From Eledone cirrhosa (lineage: Eukaryota), in contig OZ024742.1 in assembly GCA_964016885.1 (NCBI GenBank), positions 268,336,001 through 268,400,000 on the forward strand: DNA of 64,000 nucleotides. The letters are read 5' to 3'. Positions 18,792-34,394 of the stretch are shown in pieces (positions within the stretch are counted from its first letter, which is position 1; each line of letters begins with the position of its first letter). The translations under genes were made by a program, and so were the position numbers. The notes beneath the pieces were generated by a model, which saw only the letters and a list, made by a program, of their open reading frames with translations, was not told the DNA's origin and made no database searches.

Positions 18792-19480
18792 ATAAATAAA
18801 TAAGACAATTATCAAAGTTGTGTTCAAATCATTTAATAGCTGACGATCGTTTCTTCCAAACTCTCATTTGGAGTCATTGGATAATTATCAATGTTTGTAC
18901 ATGTAATTAACCTCCTATTCAACTGAACAATAATATAGATACATATATATTGATGTTGTGAGCAACAGTTTCGTATTTACAGGGTGGAATGGATGTAACA
19001 TATATTTTGCGAGAATCGTACAAAAATTCAGTATTTATTTCTCTATATATGCATAATAACTTTGCTTATTTCCTTCTCATATGACTAACGCATGTGCACT
19101 TTCTACACACCTGCATATGTATTGCTAATGAACTCTTTCTTTCTCTAAGCTTCTTTCACAATGCCTCTTTAATAATTAGACTATTCTCTTGTATTATCTG
19201 TTGCATGTATTCCACCCTGTGCTGTTAATTGGAATTTGAATTTTTTGTACAATCCTGTTAAAATATATATCACATCCATTACACCCTGTAAATACGAAAC
19301 TGTTGCTCACAACATCAATATATATGTATCTATATTATTGTTCATTTGAATGAATAGGAGGTTAGTTACATGTACAAACATTGATAATGCTCCGATGATA
19401 CCAAATGAGAGTTTGGAAGAAACGATTGTCAGCTATTAAATAATTTGAACAAAACTTTGATAATTGTCTAATTTATTTAT
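18792..19480. repeat. Inverted repeat (~240-bp arms, ~205-bp spacer) of a PLE tail
   Basis: 18792-19030 pairs with 19237-19480. The right arm has gct-CCGATGA-taccaaa...tttggaa-GAAA-cgattg-TC-agc. Confidence 0.88.
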
Positions 19481-19522
<42 letters not shown>

Positions 19523-19530
19523 AAGAGGGA

Positions 19531-19603
<73 letters not shown>

Positions 19604-19739
19604 TGAGAGAGAAAGAGAGAGAGATGGAGTTACCTGGGGAAATGTCATTTGGAATGGAGTTGAATGAACTGAAATATTATCCAGCATTGGTTTTCAAATG
19701 CCCTGTGTTTCCTAGGGTGTGCCTTTCGAACGCTGGCAT

Positions 19740-20040
19740 GAATTCCCTCCAACGAGCACATGATGTTAAAGTTCAAGTGGACTATTCAAATTCGTTGCGT
19801 AAATCTGTTCCAGTGCCGTGATTTTCAGAAAATATCTAAATCAGGCGGTGGATTGAAGCAACATCTTAATATACACAAGAAGCAAATCCAAAGTGGAAAC
19901 ATGAGCGAAATGAAATATCATTGCATTATTTGTGGACGGGATTGTGTGTGTCTTTCACAGGCCTTTAGAACTGAAAATCCATTTTAGATCTCATGCCAGG
20001 AAAGAACAAACATAAAGCGCAAGCAATGGTCAAGTCTGTA
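19740..20040 (+). mobile_element. Probable LINE (RTE-type) 3' end with C2H2-like motifs
   Basis: FQCRDFQKISKSGGGLKQHLNIH and YHCIICGRDC in ORF 19760-19987. Confidence 0.5.
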
Positions 20041-21252
20041 TGGAGCTGTCGACTTACATATATATATACACATGTATGATATGTACGTGTCTGTGTTTCG
20101 TTTGTTGCATGCATCGCGTGTGTATGTCCGTGTAACATTCATTATTTCACTGCGGCAGTAACTTGCTGCAATATATATATTTATATAAATAGGCAAAATA
20201 ATTTTACACAAGTGAATAATGTACATTTATGAATTCAAAACGGAACTCATACACACACATGATTTGCCGTGCGTCATATATCATTTCTCTTTACATTATA
20301 CTGTTAAAAGATAAAATTGATGCAACGACATTTCCATCACAGAATTTACATTACTCAGCTATTTTCAGCGATCTGTGATAAAATTATTTTCAACATTTCA
20401 AAACATATTCTGGAATTAGAAACAGCAACCGGAGAATACCAAATATGCAATTGTTTGGAAGAATTTCATATTTTAAAAATACAATAATACATTTCTGTAC
20501 AGAGACGAGATAATGATAGTTTCTAAACTTAAGCTGAATGCCGGCAGTTTAGGAGAGAAGATAACTTTATAAAATGCATCTCCGCCAAGGTAGAGCAAAC
20601 CTTTTTTTTTTTTTACCTATTTCCTCAACGCTATAATACATATGCTAATACTCCGTTCATTGATACTTACATTTTCATTAACAATAAGGTGTCGCATGGG
20701 CAATGTAAGACACATCTGAATTTTAAAATAAATCTTGGAATTGAAAAATACTTATATATAATAAACGAGCAAAAATCCATTAATAGGTCAATCTAGAATG
20801 ATCCGCAGCTCCTCGTGCCACAAAACATTTTCACAAATCTTATAAATGTATTTGATCTCTTTCCATCCCAAAATTCCCCGGGAGGATTTTCATTGTCGGA
20901 ACACGTAGAAACTGTCCAGGTCTTGACTGTTGACGAAGCAATGTATTTAGTAGAAATATAAACATTTTTCTTACAAATACACTGTCTCTGGAAGTTTCAG
21001 AGAATTTCAGCACTAATTATTACTAATTTGGGAATTTAGTTTCCTAAAATGTTCTCGTATGTCATTCAGTATATACATTAGCGGTTAACTTTCGATGCTA
21101 AGCACAATAAAATAGTCCTATTCTCTCTAAGTTAGCGTTATCTGCTTTGAATCTTTTATATTTGAGGTTACTTTGTTGCATTTTGCTTCCTGTTTAACCC
21201 ATATTAGGATGTATTTTGTTTTCTCGTAATATTAATTGAGGCATTAGGATAA

Positions 21253-22942
21253 GCTGGTCAACAAATTTAGAAAAATTGTGCTTCTTAAATGAGAATATTT
21301 AATTATTAAGTATTTTCGTGCCCTGAATCAAAATATCACATTGATAAATGTTCATTAGTTGTAGGGGTAAAGATACACGGCTTGTAATATTTGATTATTT
21401 TATTATAAACTACTATATGTGTCATATGGTTTAAGCTCTAGTCCGTATCTACTCTGCCTTTTTGCTTGACACTTATAGTGGACTGAAAAACATATCTTGC
21501 CCTCTTGCCAATGTCCAGCAATAGTCTGCAAGCATTGTTGTGCTCCATTTGCCCTGGTAGCGCTTTTCATTATTTAAAATATCTTGGTGAAACCCATGCC
21601 CATGTTCTTCAATAAATGATCCAGTGTTACATCCCATATTCCTGTAAGCCTTGATGAGGTTTTTCACCAATTCTTCATAATTTCCTTCCATTCAGTTTCC
21701 TAGAAATCCCTTCGCCACTAACTTGAATGCTTCCCAAGCAACTTTCTTCTCGTCATGAAGCGCTGATTTAAAGTCACCATATTTAAGAAGCTCTTGAATC
21801 TGAGGACCAATGAAGACTCCCACTTTTATCTCAACATCGCTCAGTGAGGGGACCTTTGATGTTAAATACTTGAATACCTGACTGGATTTGTCCATAGCTT
21901 TTATGAAATTATTCCTGAGCCGCAGTTTTATGTAGCAAATTTTGATACCAAAATTTTGATTGGTTCAGCTGTTGAACATTTATCATCCCAGTCTCCAATG
22001 ATTGATGTGGTGTCCAGTCTCTCCTGATATAGTGGGAACCTCTTTCATGACTGTCCCATTCACACAGAAAACAGCAATACTTGGTGCATCCGCCCTGCAG
22101 TCCATCACAAGAGCAACAAGCTTTAAGTCACCACAGAGCTGCCATTGATGTCCATAATATTTTATGCATTGCAACATATGCTTTATATTCTCATATGTTT
22201 CTTAAATATGTGATGCATTGCCCACAGGAACTGATGGTTCACTATTCCCATTATACAGCAAGGCAACTTTCAGGCTAGAATTTGATGAATCAATGAACAG
22301 CCTCCAGTGAATGTGTTCGTATTCAATACCAACGGCTTCCATCAGACCATTAATATTGTTGCAGGCCAATAAATCCCCTTCCATTATGAAGAAATTGCTG
22401 AATGGTGCTGACGTTCAAGAAATTTTGAAATCTTCACATCAGATGCTAGGAGATTCCACGGTTGAAGACGAGAGCCTAGCAGCTCTGCCTTATTCTTAGG
22501 TAGTTGTAGATCCGGGAAAAGGTGAGGGAGACCCCCTTGTGTTATGAGATGTGGTCTAGAAGAGTGTGCTTCATCAAAAATATATTATTCAGTAAGAAAA
22601 TATAATTAATATAAAATGACTCAAATGCATATCAATGCTTGATCAATGAATATTTATTATAAGTTGAAAAAGTGTTTGACTTGGAAACTCACAATATATA
22701 AACTTGCACATCACAACCACTCCCTATGGCTACTAGAACAATGCTGAAGGGAAGTGGGACTGTGAGTGTGGTAAAAAACACACTTCCGCGAGCCTGTTGG
22801 AGCCTGCTATGACACGTATGTTTGTGTTGAAAAAGTAGAGCTAATAAACAGCTTTAACTCTAATATTCATTATCAGCAACCTAAAATTAGTTGGAGATTG
22901 CTAAAATTAGTTGGTCTCAGAAGAACTTTGGTTGTTGATTAG
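21253..22942 (-). mobile_element. Decayed DNA transposon with Chapaev3/CMC-like transposase
   Basis: Collinear fragments WRLFIDSSNSSLKVALLYNGN, WQLCGDLKLV, GVFIGPQI...FLGN and GFHQDI...RYQGKW...ADYCWTL. Weak terminal inverted remnants ctggtcaaca / tgttgattag. The family name is from memory. Confidence 0.75.
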
Positions 22943-25546
22943 AGCTATCTGTTTGAATTGAACCATTATCGTTAAAGTTACTCATTTGTTACAACATGTG
23001 GTTAAACATGTAAATTATAAAGTAAACGTTAGTATTGTTGCCCACGTATACGATAGAAAAATCTAGGCCGTTTGGGGATAATTTCTAGTTTCCTCCTGAG
23101 TGGCAGGTAGTAAGACTAGATAGATTTGACTGAGAGTTGTGGACCGAGTTTTAAATGATATTTAATTCAATTTATTGTATTTTATGTCTTCAACTTGATG
23201 AACAATTAGATGTATCTCTAGTTAAATAGCTTTTATTCTTATTTTTCTTGTGGTTGTTGAAATGTATTCACTTATATTGTTTAGTTTTCCTTGAATAATC
23301 CGTGGGACATATTGCTTGTGTTGACAGTTGACTGATGGGTAGGGTTTGTGGGAGGGAGGAATATTTTATGTAGGGACGAACGGCAATGGCTAGTATGTGG
23401 CTAAGTTTCATTAGCCGGCGTTTCTCATAATGGCTACCTTATACTTTAGCAGAGAGAAGGTGTGAGCCAGTTTTGTGCCACACATAATGCAGAACAATGC
23501 GATTAACATGCATTTAGTATTTAGATACCATGTTTGACTGATTTCTGTATGCTACCGTATATTTGGCCAAGGTTCATACAAATGGTTACATTATGGGTGA
23601 GTTCAAATGGGGATAATTGAGTTGCGATTTGAGCAGTTTAATTAGGCTTTACTTGATGGTTAACGGGGTTGTTTATTTAGAGAAGTTATATTACTGTCTT
23701 TAATTGAAAATTCCGTAGTTTTTGATTTCAGGCGATACTTTTATATGTAAACATTAAGTGGTTTATCTGGGGGGTATATGTAGTTGTTTAGGGTGATAGA
23801 AGAAATTCCGAGGGTATTTGTTTGGTTCCTGGATGGTGTTCAATTTTGATGATGTCACATTTCTACGGTGTGATTGACCATATACTAGAATCAGCAAAAC
23901 ACATACCCGCGCACGCGAACAGACACACATATATGCATGCATTCATATAGTATATATATATATATATATATATACATACATACACATATGCATGTGTGTG
24001 TGAGCGTGTTTGTGTGTAACATGAAAAACAGAATCGATTATAATCACGAAGCGAAATTTTCAAAATGTATAAATATATACATCATCTCTATTTCAAAGTA
24101 TCATACGTAGATGAAAGTAATAATTTGGAAGTGACAGCTTCGATGAATTTCAAGGTGGGCCTAGATTTATTTCAGAAATTTTATCGATACATTTTGACAG
24201 GTAATTTTTTTACTTCTATTGTGGAAAATATAATGAATATTATGACATGCACACATTTACATCCACATGCATGTGCGGCCTCTAGTTAGAGGATGAAAAG
24301 AAAGAAAGCATGTCAGTTAATCTCCTTCCAGGGGTTTAAATTTCTAGAAATTCCTTTCTAAATTCACCCGATGCAAACATCTTTTTTGAAATATTTGCTG
24401 AACAGAAATAGACGTATAACACAACGAATTGCGTAAACTTCATATTTGATTAATCTGACGTCTTTTAATTTATGGTATCGGACGTGAACGAAATATAGGC
24501 AAATTCAATCACATTAACTATATTCTTACCATAAGAACTAGAATAACGTATGAAATGGATTTTTATTCGGGGGATCTTATGATTTAGCTTATGTGTCACC
24601 GTTATTATTATAAAATTCGATTAAATCATGCTAAATCATGACTGTTATTAGTGTATATTCCAATTAAATACTAATACATTTGATTTATTGATTTAACCCA
24701 TTTGAAAAATACCATAACAATCAAATAATCGATTATATAATTGGAACAGCCAGCCAGACATTATAAATACCACCGAGGTTAACTTTGCCTTTCATCCTTC
24801 GGGTTCGAAAAAATAAAGTACCAGTAATACGCTGGCCTTGTGTCAAAAGTAGAAACAATTATAAATTAGTAATGAAGGATTTGTGGGAAACACTGTATAA
24901 AATATGACATTGTTTCATGAACATTGGATATCATTACAAGCATGATATCGTGTTCATACAGAACCACGGATTTGAAAAAAGGCTGCACAATTTGAGCCGA
25001 CTTAATATCATATTGTTCTTGTCTCCACCAATGACATCCAGCAGAATTATCAGCCAAGACATTCTTTTCGTAGTTGTTATATATTCTATATCTGATTTTA
25101 TTCTGAAACGAACTGTTTTATTTGACTGAGTATGATTTAGATGTATATATTTAGAAGGCAGAACGACCACATACAGGCTACTCTAGTAAAGTCATTCCTG
25201 GTCGTACTTTAGAGAATGTAATTTGCTGCACTCCTTCATAATAAAATCTACTTTCAATACAGCGTTAATAGGAAACATCTTAAGGGTTTAGTAAAATCAA
25301 AATATTGAGATAATTATAGCTTCCAAAATCAATACAATTAACACCTTTAAAATAGTAAACCTGGTTTTATTAAAAGGAAAATGTACCCATTCACATTGTT
25401 GAAAATATTGATAATGGCTGATGCACTTAATGGTGAGTAGATAGAAAGCAAAATATGACAATTCATTGAATGACGTGCGTATAGCTATTGCATTACCATA
25501 ATCATATATGTATGTGCACACGCATACACACACACGCACACATGTT

Positions 25547-25696
<150 letters not shown>

Positions 25697-28600
25697 GGGG
25701 GGTCTGTGTGTGAGTGTGTGTGTGTGGGTAGGGAGAGGGGTAAGTGTATGATTGTGTGAGTGCGTTTTCTAAGTAGTTGCAATTTCGGATTGTAATTTTA
25801 AGCTTCTAAGTATGCAGAAGTGGTTCGCTTGTGGTTATGAAAGCAGATACACTCTACTTCACACTAAGCGTTTATATTCTGTTGCGCATCGGTATTTCAT
25901 ATTCTAGTTTGTCTTCCTTAATGACCGAATACTAATAAACTATATTTGAACCTATAAGTGATACACACAATGACGTTCGGTTTTCCGGTTGATGCCATTT
26001 CACTTTGAATTCATTAAATATTCAGCTAGACAATCCTATATATATACCATCATATATCAAAGAAGCGGGTTTACAAGATATGTGACGACATACAAATATA
26101 ATACCTAGGTTAAAACACGATAGAACATGAAATAAAGGTTAATATTTAACACTTCGTATCGAACAAAACCCGCACTCCATCTAGTGTGTAGAAAAACAAT
26201 GATTGCAAATATCACCCACTCCTGGTATTTCTTTTAAACTGTCGATTACAATGTACAGTCATGGTCGGACCAATTGCTGCTAATTGGGTACCGCACCTAC
26301 GTGACATTTCTTTAGTATAATCTGTCTTTGGCATGACAGGTACGCACAAAAACATTATATATTAAAACGTAATTGGATTCTGCACACACTAAGGACAGCT
26401 ATACCAACACCAGAATTAAATAGTCAGCCCTCTAACCGGGACTTTTCAGAAAAAAAGATACTTAGATCGTTGACTTTGGGCAAATCGTGAAAGCTCCCAA
26501 ATATGTAGCGTTTTGGTAGTCTTTTATAGAAAGTATAATTTTTACCATTATAGTAGGAATCTTATTTCAGTAGTGAGTAACTTTTTTCTTCGCTTCAAAG
26601 AGTACCATATTTTGTTTACTAGTTTTACGTTCCTTAAAAATTTTATTATTCTCACGTTTTTCTTAGCATATATCTTGAAGTTTAACTGAATAAGTGGCAA
26701 CGGGCCGAAGTTAATTTTTTTTGCATCATCATTCACGTTAATCTAAAAGCCTTCCCTCCTTAAATTCTAATTTTCTTCTTCCTGCCTGTTTTTCTTTTCT
26801 TTTTTTAAAAATATACTAACTCCTTATGACTCTCATTGCTGACACTTTAAAAAAAATAAGTTTAACAACCTAAACAGTAGTGTGAGATATTGTAGCAATC
26901 CTGGTTCAGAACATAAAGTCGTAAATAACCCGGTTTGGAAATACCACGACAACTGGCAAATGTTTTAGACTGTTTTAAAATGCTCTATGATATGACACAT
27001 GAAGTACTTTTTGACTATATCTTGACGTTTACCTCCAAAGAAATTTTAAAAACTATTTTCTACAGTTTTAATAACATTTCCTCGGGATCCCCAGCACATG
27101 TAGTCTCTCAAAATAAATGATCTTCTATTGCTGCCTGTTCAAACAGTTCTCAAGTCGTTAATGAAATAGTCGGCCATGCGACCATAATGATCAATGACAT
27201 GACTATTGTCCCCTGACAAAAATAGTTCATTCTATAGTAGTTCATACTATAGTAGTCTATAATACAGAGACCAATGGCGACGGCTGACTATTACAGCATC
27301 TAGTGTGGTATCGCCAATGACTGGCTGGACCAGTTGCGAAAACATAGTTAGTCCATATTAAAAGAAAGAGTGAAAGTGAGATAATTATCACAATTATCTA
27401 GAAAATGACGCATCGAGATATAAATCCCCACGCGCATTATAAAAAGACGTGATTTGGACATACGTACGACATAGAAATTGTTACTACTATGCAATACACG
27501 CATAATGCATTGAGCACTAAAATAGAAAAATACCAAATTAACCGATTTCAAAGATCTTATAACTGCGATCGGTATTGCAAGAAAGGTACTGAATAAAATT
27601 TAGAATGATAAAAAATAGTAAAACCAATAACAACATTTTAAATACACATTAGTCATACAAAAGTAATCAATATTTTAAATCTACTCTCATTATTTTAGAT
27701 AATGCAAAAAAATATGATTGATGAGTTTGAAAAATCTCTTCAACCTGTTCCATGTCTTTGTTGTTTTCTACCATCACAAACAGCTGTGCTAAGCTTCCCT
27801 TAAAATAGTTTTGCATTAAAATATAATTCCAAATCAAAAGTTTCTCTTTTGTAAATAAGAAATACTTTCTAGCGTAAACCAATTGGAAGAGTGAATGAAA
27901 ACAGTGATCAATCTTTCAAAGGCAGCAGTATTTATTTTCTATCTCCGAGATAACATATGTGACTGAAGCTCAAAGTAAATGATTTATATCGTGATTTTGA
28001 CGCTGGCGCTCTAATTTTATATTTACTGTAAGGTTTCATGGATCTTAATCTTTACATGTTTGATATTACCAATGTTTGATATTATGTATTTGATATTACC
28101 ATGTTTGATATTATGTATTTTTCTACCATTGAAATGTTCAAGTTAGTAAAGCACCGTACTAAACACGAAACAGTTAATGACGGATTCTACTATAATTTTT
28201 CAGCACCCCAAAATATGGTATAAATATGGCTTCTTTAATGGATTCTATCCATTTTACTTATGATTCAAGAAAGAATAGCTTTGGCTATAACAACATAACA
28301 TATACTGTGGCACTAGTTCTTTCTTTTCTAGCGTCTGGTTAAATCTGAGGGGCTATACCGATGTTCATCTCATGTCATTTTTAAGGAATTCATGTGAGTA
28401 ACTGATTCAGTGCCTTGCGAAACTAATTGTCAGGCTCTGTTATGATTCCTAATTCTGTTCATGTCATACTTTCGTCAAATCATGTTTCATCGAAATATTA
28501 CATCATTCTCTGTCTCTCCATCTCCCTTTCTGTCTCTTTCTCTCACTCTCGCCCCCCCCCCCCCCTCTCTCTATCTATCTCTCTCTATCTCAGAAGCGCT

Positions 28601-29370
28601 GAGTGAGATGCTAACAACGCTTTCTCATATTAAAATGAAACCATATAATGAAAGATCAATGTGCAAGAGAAATAAGATATTATTCGGGAGCGTTAATTGT
28701 GTGAGTTAATTTTTGATGATAGTATGGTATAATTTAAGGAGAATTTAGCCCTTTTGTAGGATACAAAAGTAGGGAAATGTTTTCTTTCCTATTGTTGTTG
28801 GAAGAATATATAGAGACATATATCCAAGGTAGATTAGAAATGCTATTGTCAGTGTTCTGTATGTTCTTGGCCTTTTACTCATTTAATTTTGAATAATTTA
28901 TGCTAGTGAATCATTATATTACTGAAACACAGACACTTGAATACAAATCATGACATAGTGTAAATTACAATTTCAATAAACATACGTAGGAATAATAATT
29001 GTGAGTAAATGAATATATTAATCTATAATGTATAAAGGTTCTTCTTAAATATAAGAAAATACACACTTCTTTCTAGTTTTGAAAAAGCAAGAAAATACAC
29101 ACTTCTTTCTAGTTTTGAATGAGCAAGAAGATTCTCGGAAGCATAAGAAGGAAAAGTAATCCAAATGCTGCTTTGTTTACTCATGTTTGATAATGATTTC
29201 GTATTTAGACACAACTCACCAACATTTGGGAAGGGTAAAGATGATTAAATTAACCCAGTTCTTTAATTCATAGACCCCAAGATGAATGAATAACAAAGTT
29301 GATTTCTGCGGACTGAGAACCACATTAGTCCTCTAATCACATTACAATCTCCCTTACTCATAAATGATAT

Positions 29371-29558
29371 TTGTTTCTACTTTTGGCATAATGCCAGCAA
29401 TTACCCACTACATTAATGGTATTTTATTTTATCGACCTCGTAAGGATGAAAGGCAAAGTTAACATCGGCGGGATTTGAACCCAGATCATAAAGAGAAGTA
29501 TCTCTATTGTTCAAAGTATGGCGTCCGACCCTCTACCAATACTGCCAATCCACCGGCC
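29371..29558 (-). mobile_element. tRNA-derived SINE with a 15-bp target-site duplication
   Basis: Family core tcgac(c)cgtaaggatgaaaggcaaagtt with A/B-box-like motifs on the minus strand. TSD ccttactcataaatg at 29352-29366 and 29557-29571. Confidence 0.88.
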
Positions 29559-30636
29559 TTACTCATAAATGCTAATGACTAGTAGAATGCTCAATTTTTT
29601 GCCTTTGACATACATTGATACCTAAGGAAATACGTCACAAAGAATACCGCTTGAAACAAATGTGAGGTGTTTAACAGGCAAGGTTAGTGATAGATCTTTA
29701 CCTCAGGATTTGGTGTGTGAGACAATGCAGAAAATATTATTTGAAAAGAGAGTCTCCACCGTAATGGGATTCATCTGAACAGGAACCCTGATATAATTGC
29801 TGGTGAACTTTTTTAAATTGTGTCAGCGGTTGATTTTACTGAATCATAAATATATCGTAATATTAACAATGCTGTCATAACCATCTTTTGAATAAAACTC
29901 TAATGTGGGTTAGAATTAGAATGTGTAGCTGTTCAAGCATCTTTGATATTATCAGCTATGATATATTTAGTCCGCCAATGTGTGCCCACTAAGGCACAAA
30001 TTCAAAGGTCCTGTGATATAAGATGTGCGCCATGGTGCAATCTTAACCGTCACAGATTTTCCGCTATTAGCGAGGCATAAGGCTATTTTTGCTCTTTCAG
30101 AAATAACTGTCACATTCTGTTCAAATTCTATCCAACAGTCGAAAGTATAGGTTGGATATGTGCTTCGGAAAATAAAATACGGGATACCAATTACATTGTA
30201 ATTGGTGTGAACCATTCTAAGTCACGTGTATGTTTGTATGCTTAATTTAACAGGTAGGGCTTGCTACACATTTTCTCAATCTCTTCGGAGCGAGCAGCAT
30301 AAAAGAGCGCTGAATGAATAAATGTTTAATAATATGAAAGCAAATCTAATTTGAAAGGAAAAAACAAAAACATTCTAATTAGTATTAGGAATAAATGATA
30401 TTGTACAATAAATTAACTTCCAATCTCGTATATAACCTCACAAAGAGGTAGAGTTCGATCGCCAAGATCCCAGACTTCATTTCCGTACCATGTAGGATGG
30501 AAATTGTCAACTCGTTCCATGGTAACAATGTGATGATCGATGAGAAATGCGTTTACCTATGCAGTTATAGTTTTAGTAAATGTATTGTTAACAAATGTGA
30601 AATAATATGATATTCAAACAAAAACAACGTCATGTG

Positions 30637-31020
30637 GTTAGCTTTGCTTTCCATCCTTACGGGGTCGATAAAATAAAATACTAGTCATACACAGGGGTTA
30701 ATTTAATCGAATTTATCCTTTGTGACTAAATAAGACACCGTTATTTGCCGAGGTTGACTTTGCCTTTCATCCTTACGGGGTCGATAAAATAAAGTACCAG
30801 TAATGCACTGGGTATTTGCTTGCCTTGTGCCTAAAATAGAAACAATTATTTATGGGTAAGAGGTACGTTCTTTCAGATTCTGAGTTCAAATCCGGCCGTT
30901 ATTAGCTTTGCTTTTTATCCTTACAGGATCATGAAATAAAGCACCAGTATTGCACTAGTGTCGATATAATCGACTTTCCTCTCCCCCAAAAATTGTTGAC
31001 CCTCGTGCCTCAATCAGAAA
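30637..31020 (+). mobile_element. Cluster of three partial copies of the same SINE (another at 24772-24860)
   Basis: Repeated ctttgcctttcatccttacggggtcgataaaataaa core. Confidence 0.8.
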
Positions 31021-31961
31021 ACATTCTTTATGGATACGTTGAAGAGGTAGGGACAGAATCCCTGACCTTTTAACAGGAAACTCTTAGAACATTCACAATT
31101 TGGTATTTGAACCCTTGCGAGATCATGTACTCCGCTAAAATCTCCCAATAATTAATAACGTTAAATTGGATAACTTTTCTATATATTAATTGAAATATTT
31201 AAAATCTGTATCAAACCTAGAAACTCCCACAATGTTATTTATGCTGGTTGATTTTGCGGTTTAGAGCAATACACCACTGTCAGTGCATGGTACGCTAGAC
31301 ACAGAGTTCAGCCTCTGCTGATGCTGACATTCATTATATGTTTCAACGGAGTGAACTGAAGCACGTGGGCATGAATAGTCTTTCTCAAAACAATTATGCG
31401 CCGCACAGACAGGGACTGCGATCTTCTTACCATGCATCTAAATAAATTTTATTTTTCTATTCGAGGGTAACGTATCACCTAAATTAATGTATTCTACTGG
31501 ACGAACATGACAACCATTCTATCATATCTCACTCCTATTTACATTAATTTCCACCACAGCATACTAAAAACGTTGGGGGCAATACAGTAACGAAATAATT
31601 CATATACCTAACATCTTAAAGGTTATGGGTAGCTCAACATCGATAATACATTTGTTGACTAATTGTAAGTTCTCTTTTATAAAATGTTTGACCCACGAGG
31701 TTAATTATAACTACAACAAATGATCGAATATTCATACGCGTGCACATGGAAAGGACATTTTACAGACTTTCAAGAAAGTATACTTAATTGAGACTCGAAA
31801 AACAAAACATGCATTGGCACTCAAGACATCATTTGCACATAAGAATTTCCTTATTTCGTTATTCACTCTTTCAGTTTTAGCATCAGTTCCAAAATTGTAC
31901 ATGCACGTACGTATAAAGAAAAGTTATTCTAGAAAAAACTTCACGCATAAGATACGACGTG

Positions 31962-32095
<134 letters not shown>

Positions 32096-32152
32096 ATATA
32101 TAGATATATATAATATATATATATATATATATGTTTATATACATATATGTAT

Positions 32153-32190
32153 CGAGTGTGACGATCATCAAGGTGAAATATAAGTCCTCG
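32153..32190 (+). ncRNA. Decayed minimal hammerhead in a ~140-bp insert within (TA)n
   Basis: cgag-(tg)TGACGA-tcatcaaggt-GAAA-tataa-GTC-ctcg. Confidence 0.45.
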
Positions 32191-32281
32191 CTGATGGTCA
32201 ATTAACTGTTGTTACTGCAGAACTCGTCCCTACGGACTGACAGTTCTACTACTTACGGATATAATCTCCTAGTGTTCTACC

Positions 32282-32334
<53 letters not shown>

Positions 32335-32346
32335 GCAAAATGTGTT

Positions 32347-32456
<110 letters not shown>

Positions 32457-32521
32457 TATATATATATATATATATATAAATATATATATATATATTTATA
32501 TATATGTATATATATATACAT

Positions 32522-33611
32522 ATAGGGCGGATAAAATTCCCGAGATCCATGGACGAGTTCTCTCCAGCGGTCTCTGAATGATGCACGGGATCCCACAGGA
32601 GCACTGAGTGCAGTGTCAACTCTGGATGTCGGTGAGCATGGTCAGCTAACCTCAGTCTCCACTGTATCACTTTCGAGCTGACTTTTGGGAGGCTCCCATA
32701 CAGCTCTGAGTTTTTCATCCTCAGTGTATACTGATTAATGTTCAGAGCCATCCTCAGCATTCTCGTGTACCATCCCTCCACCATCTGAGTGAGTTTCTTG
32801 ATCAGTGTCCAATTCTCAAACCCGTACAGCAGCACCGTCTCCACTACAGCATGGAAGAGGCGGATCTTTAGGTCTTCACGAAGGTCCGATTTCCACACCG
32901 ATCTCAACCTATGGTAGGCCGCCCAGGCTTTGCTCTTCCTCTCTACCACATCATCTTCATTATTCCCAATATTTGCTCCCAAATATAGGAAGTCCTCAAC
33001 TAATTTCTGCAGCCTCCCGCCCACATTAGTAATCCACTGGCTTCTCATTATTCTCTACCAGACATTTTGTCTTAGTCTCATTCATTCTCAGCCCCACATT
33101 CATCGACACATTCTCAACTTCCTGCATCAAATCCTCTGCCTCCTTCACTGTTTTTGTCACTTCAGAGAGGGAAGATCAACCACCAGTCACATTCTGATGC
33201 TGAGGAGTATATTAGAGGGAGCTAGAGCAAAGTGCCTTCCTGCGGTCATGGTTTTCATTGATTTTAAGAAGGCCTTTGATTCTGTGGACCGTCACTGCCT
33301 GATGAAAATCTTACAGGCTTATGGAATCCCCAAGAGGATAGTGGACCTGATATCACTGCTCTACACAAACATGAAAGCCCAAGTCATTACACCTGATAGG
33401 ATGACAGAGTTCTTTGAAATACTGGCTGGAATGCTGCAGGGAGATACATTGGCTCCCTACCTTTTTATCATCATAGTGGACTATTGTATGCGCCTTGCAC
33501 TGGAGAGACACCAGGACGCTGGTTTTACTGTAACACCGGCTCAGAGCAGGAGAGTTAAGCGAAAACGATATCGGATGCTGAATTTGCCGACGACATAGTT
33601 TTGGTGACAAA
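32522..33611 (-). mobile_element. RTE LINE RT fragment with a 5' inversion
   Basis: Minus 32522-33160 reads VTKTVKEAE...FLYLG...LLYGFENW...RLRLADH. Plus 33161-33611 reads FREGRST...FIDFKKAFDSV...GMLQGDTLAPYLF...FADDIVLVT. The two pieces overlap by gtgacaaa. Confidence 0.9.
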
Positions 33612-33636
33612 TATATATATATAAATATATATACAT

Positions 33637-33698
<62 letters not shown>

Positions 33699-33729
33699 TT
33701 ATATAGAAAAATCTGCTTCGTAGAATCGA

Positions 33730-33824
33730 GACGTATCCGAGGACCGCGCGATTTCAGAGCCAGGTTTGTTCACCACATCAATCGTGCTTCGAGCTGGTCG
33801 CCCGAGAAACAATTGTAATATGTC
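33730..33824 (+). ncRNA. Hammerhead-like motif with a CCGAGGA core
   Basis: gacgtat-CCGAGGA-[structured insert]-GAAA-caattg-TA-atatgtc followed by AATAAA. Stem I is 7 bp. Confidence 0.6.
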
Positions 33825-34218
33825 CAATAAATTCCTTTCATCGCAACACTGATTCTCTTTATTCTAAGATGTCATACTCTGCTCTACGAGGGCATCGAGT
33901 GCTCATACGGACACTATAAGTATCTAACACCAATTATATATATGTATAAATATAAATACCCCCTTCACTCACGAATGACCATGGGATTTGCACCTAGAAA
34001 TTTTCCCTCCAAGGGACAAGTCCGGGTAAGGTTTTGTGGAAGACCAGCGGTCACCCATGCAAACCACCCTCCGCTCTCCACACAGGTGATGTTGTCAAAG
34101 GGAAAGGCTAAGACCGATACAGCTGTATGATTGCATATATAAGAGGGTGCGCTAAGATACCAAGTGGACCATAATGCACCAGAGTACTCAATATTTAGGG
34201 TACTAGAGTGGGTAATAT

Positions 34219-34344
34219 GAAAAGAGTCAGGACCCCGACGGCTATACTCCGCCCGTTTCAACAGCTAGATCCGAACTACCTGGTATAGATCGGATCTAGC
34301 TGTAGAAACGGCCGGAGCTCAGCCGTCGGGGACCTGACTCTTTC
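34219..34344. repeat. Fold-back palindrome (56-bp arms)
   Basis: 34219-34274 pairs with 34290-34344 and is followed by (TA)n. Confidence 0.88.
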
Positions 34345-34350
34345 CCTATA

Positions 34351-34393
<43 letters not shown>

Positions 34394-34394
<1 letters not shown>

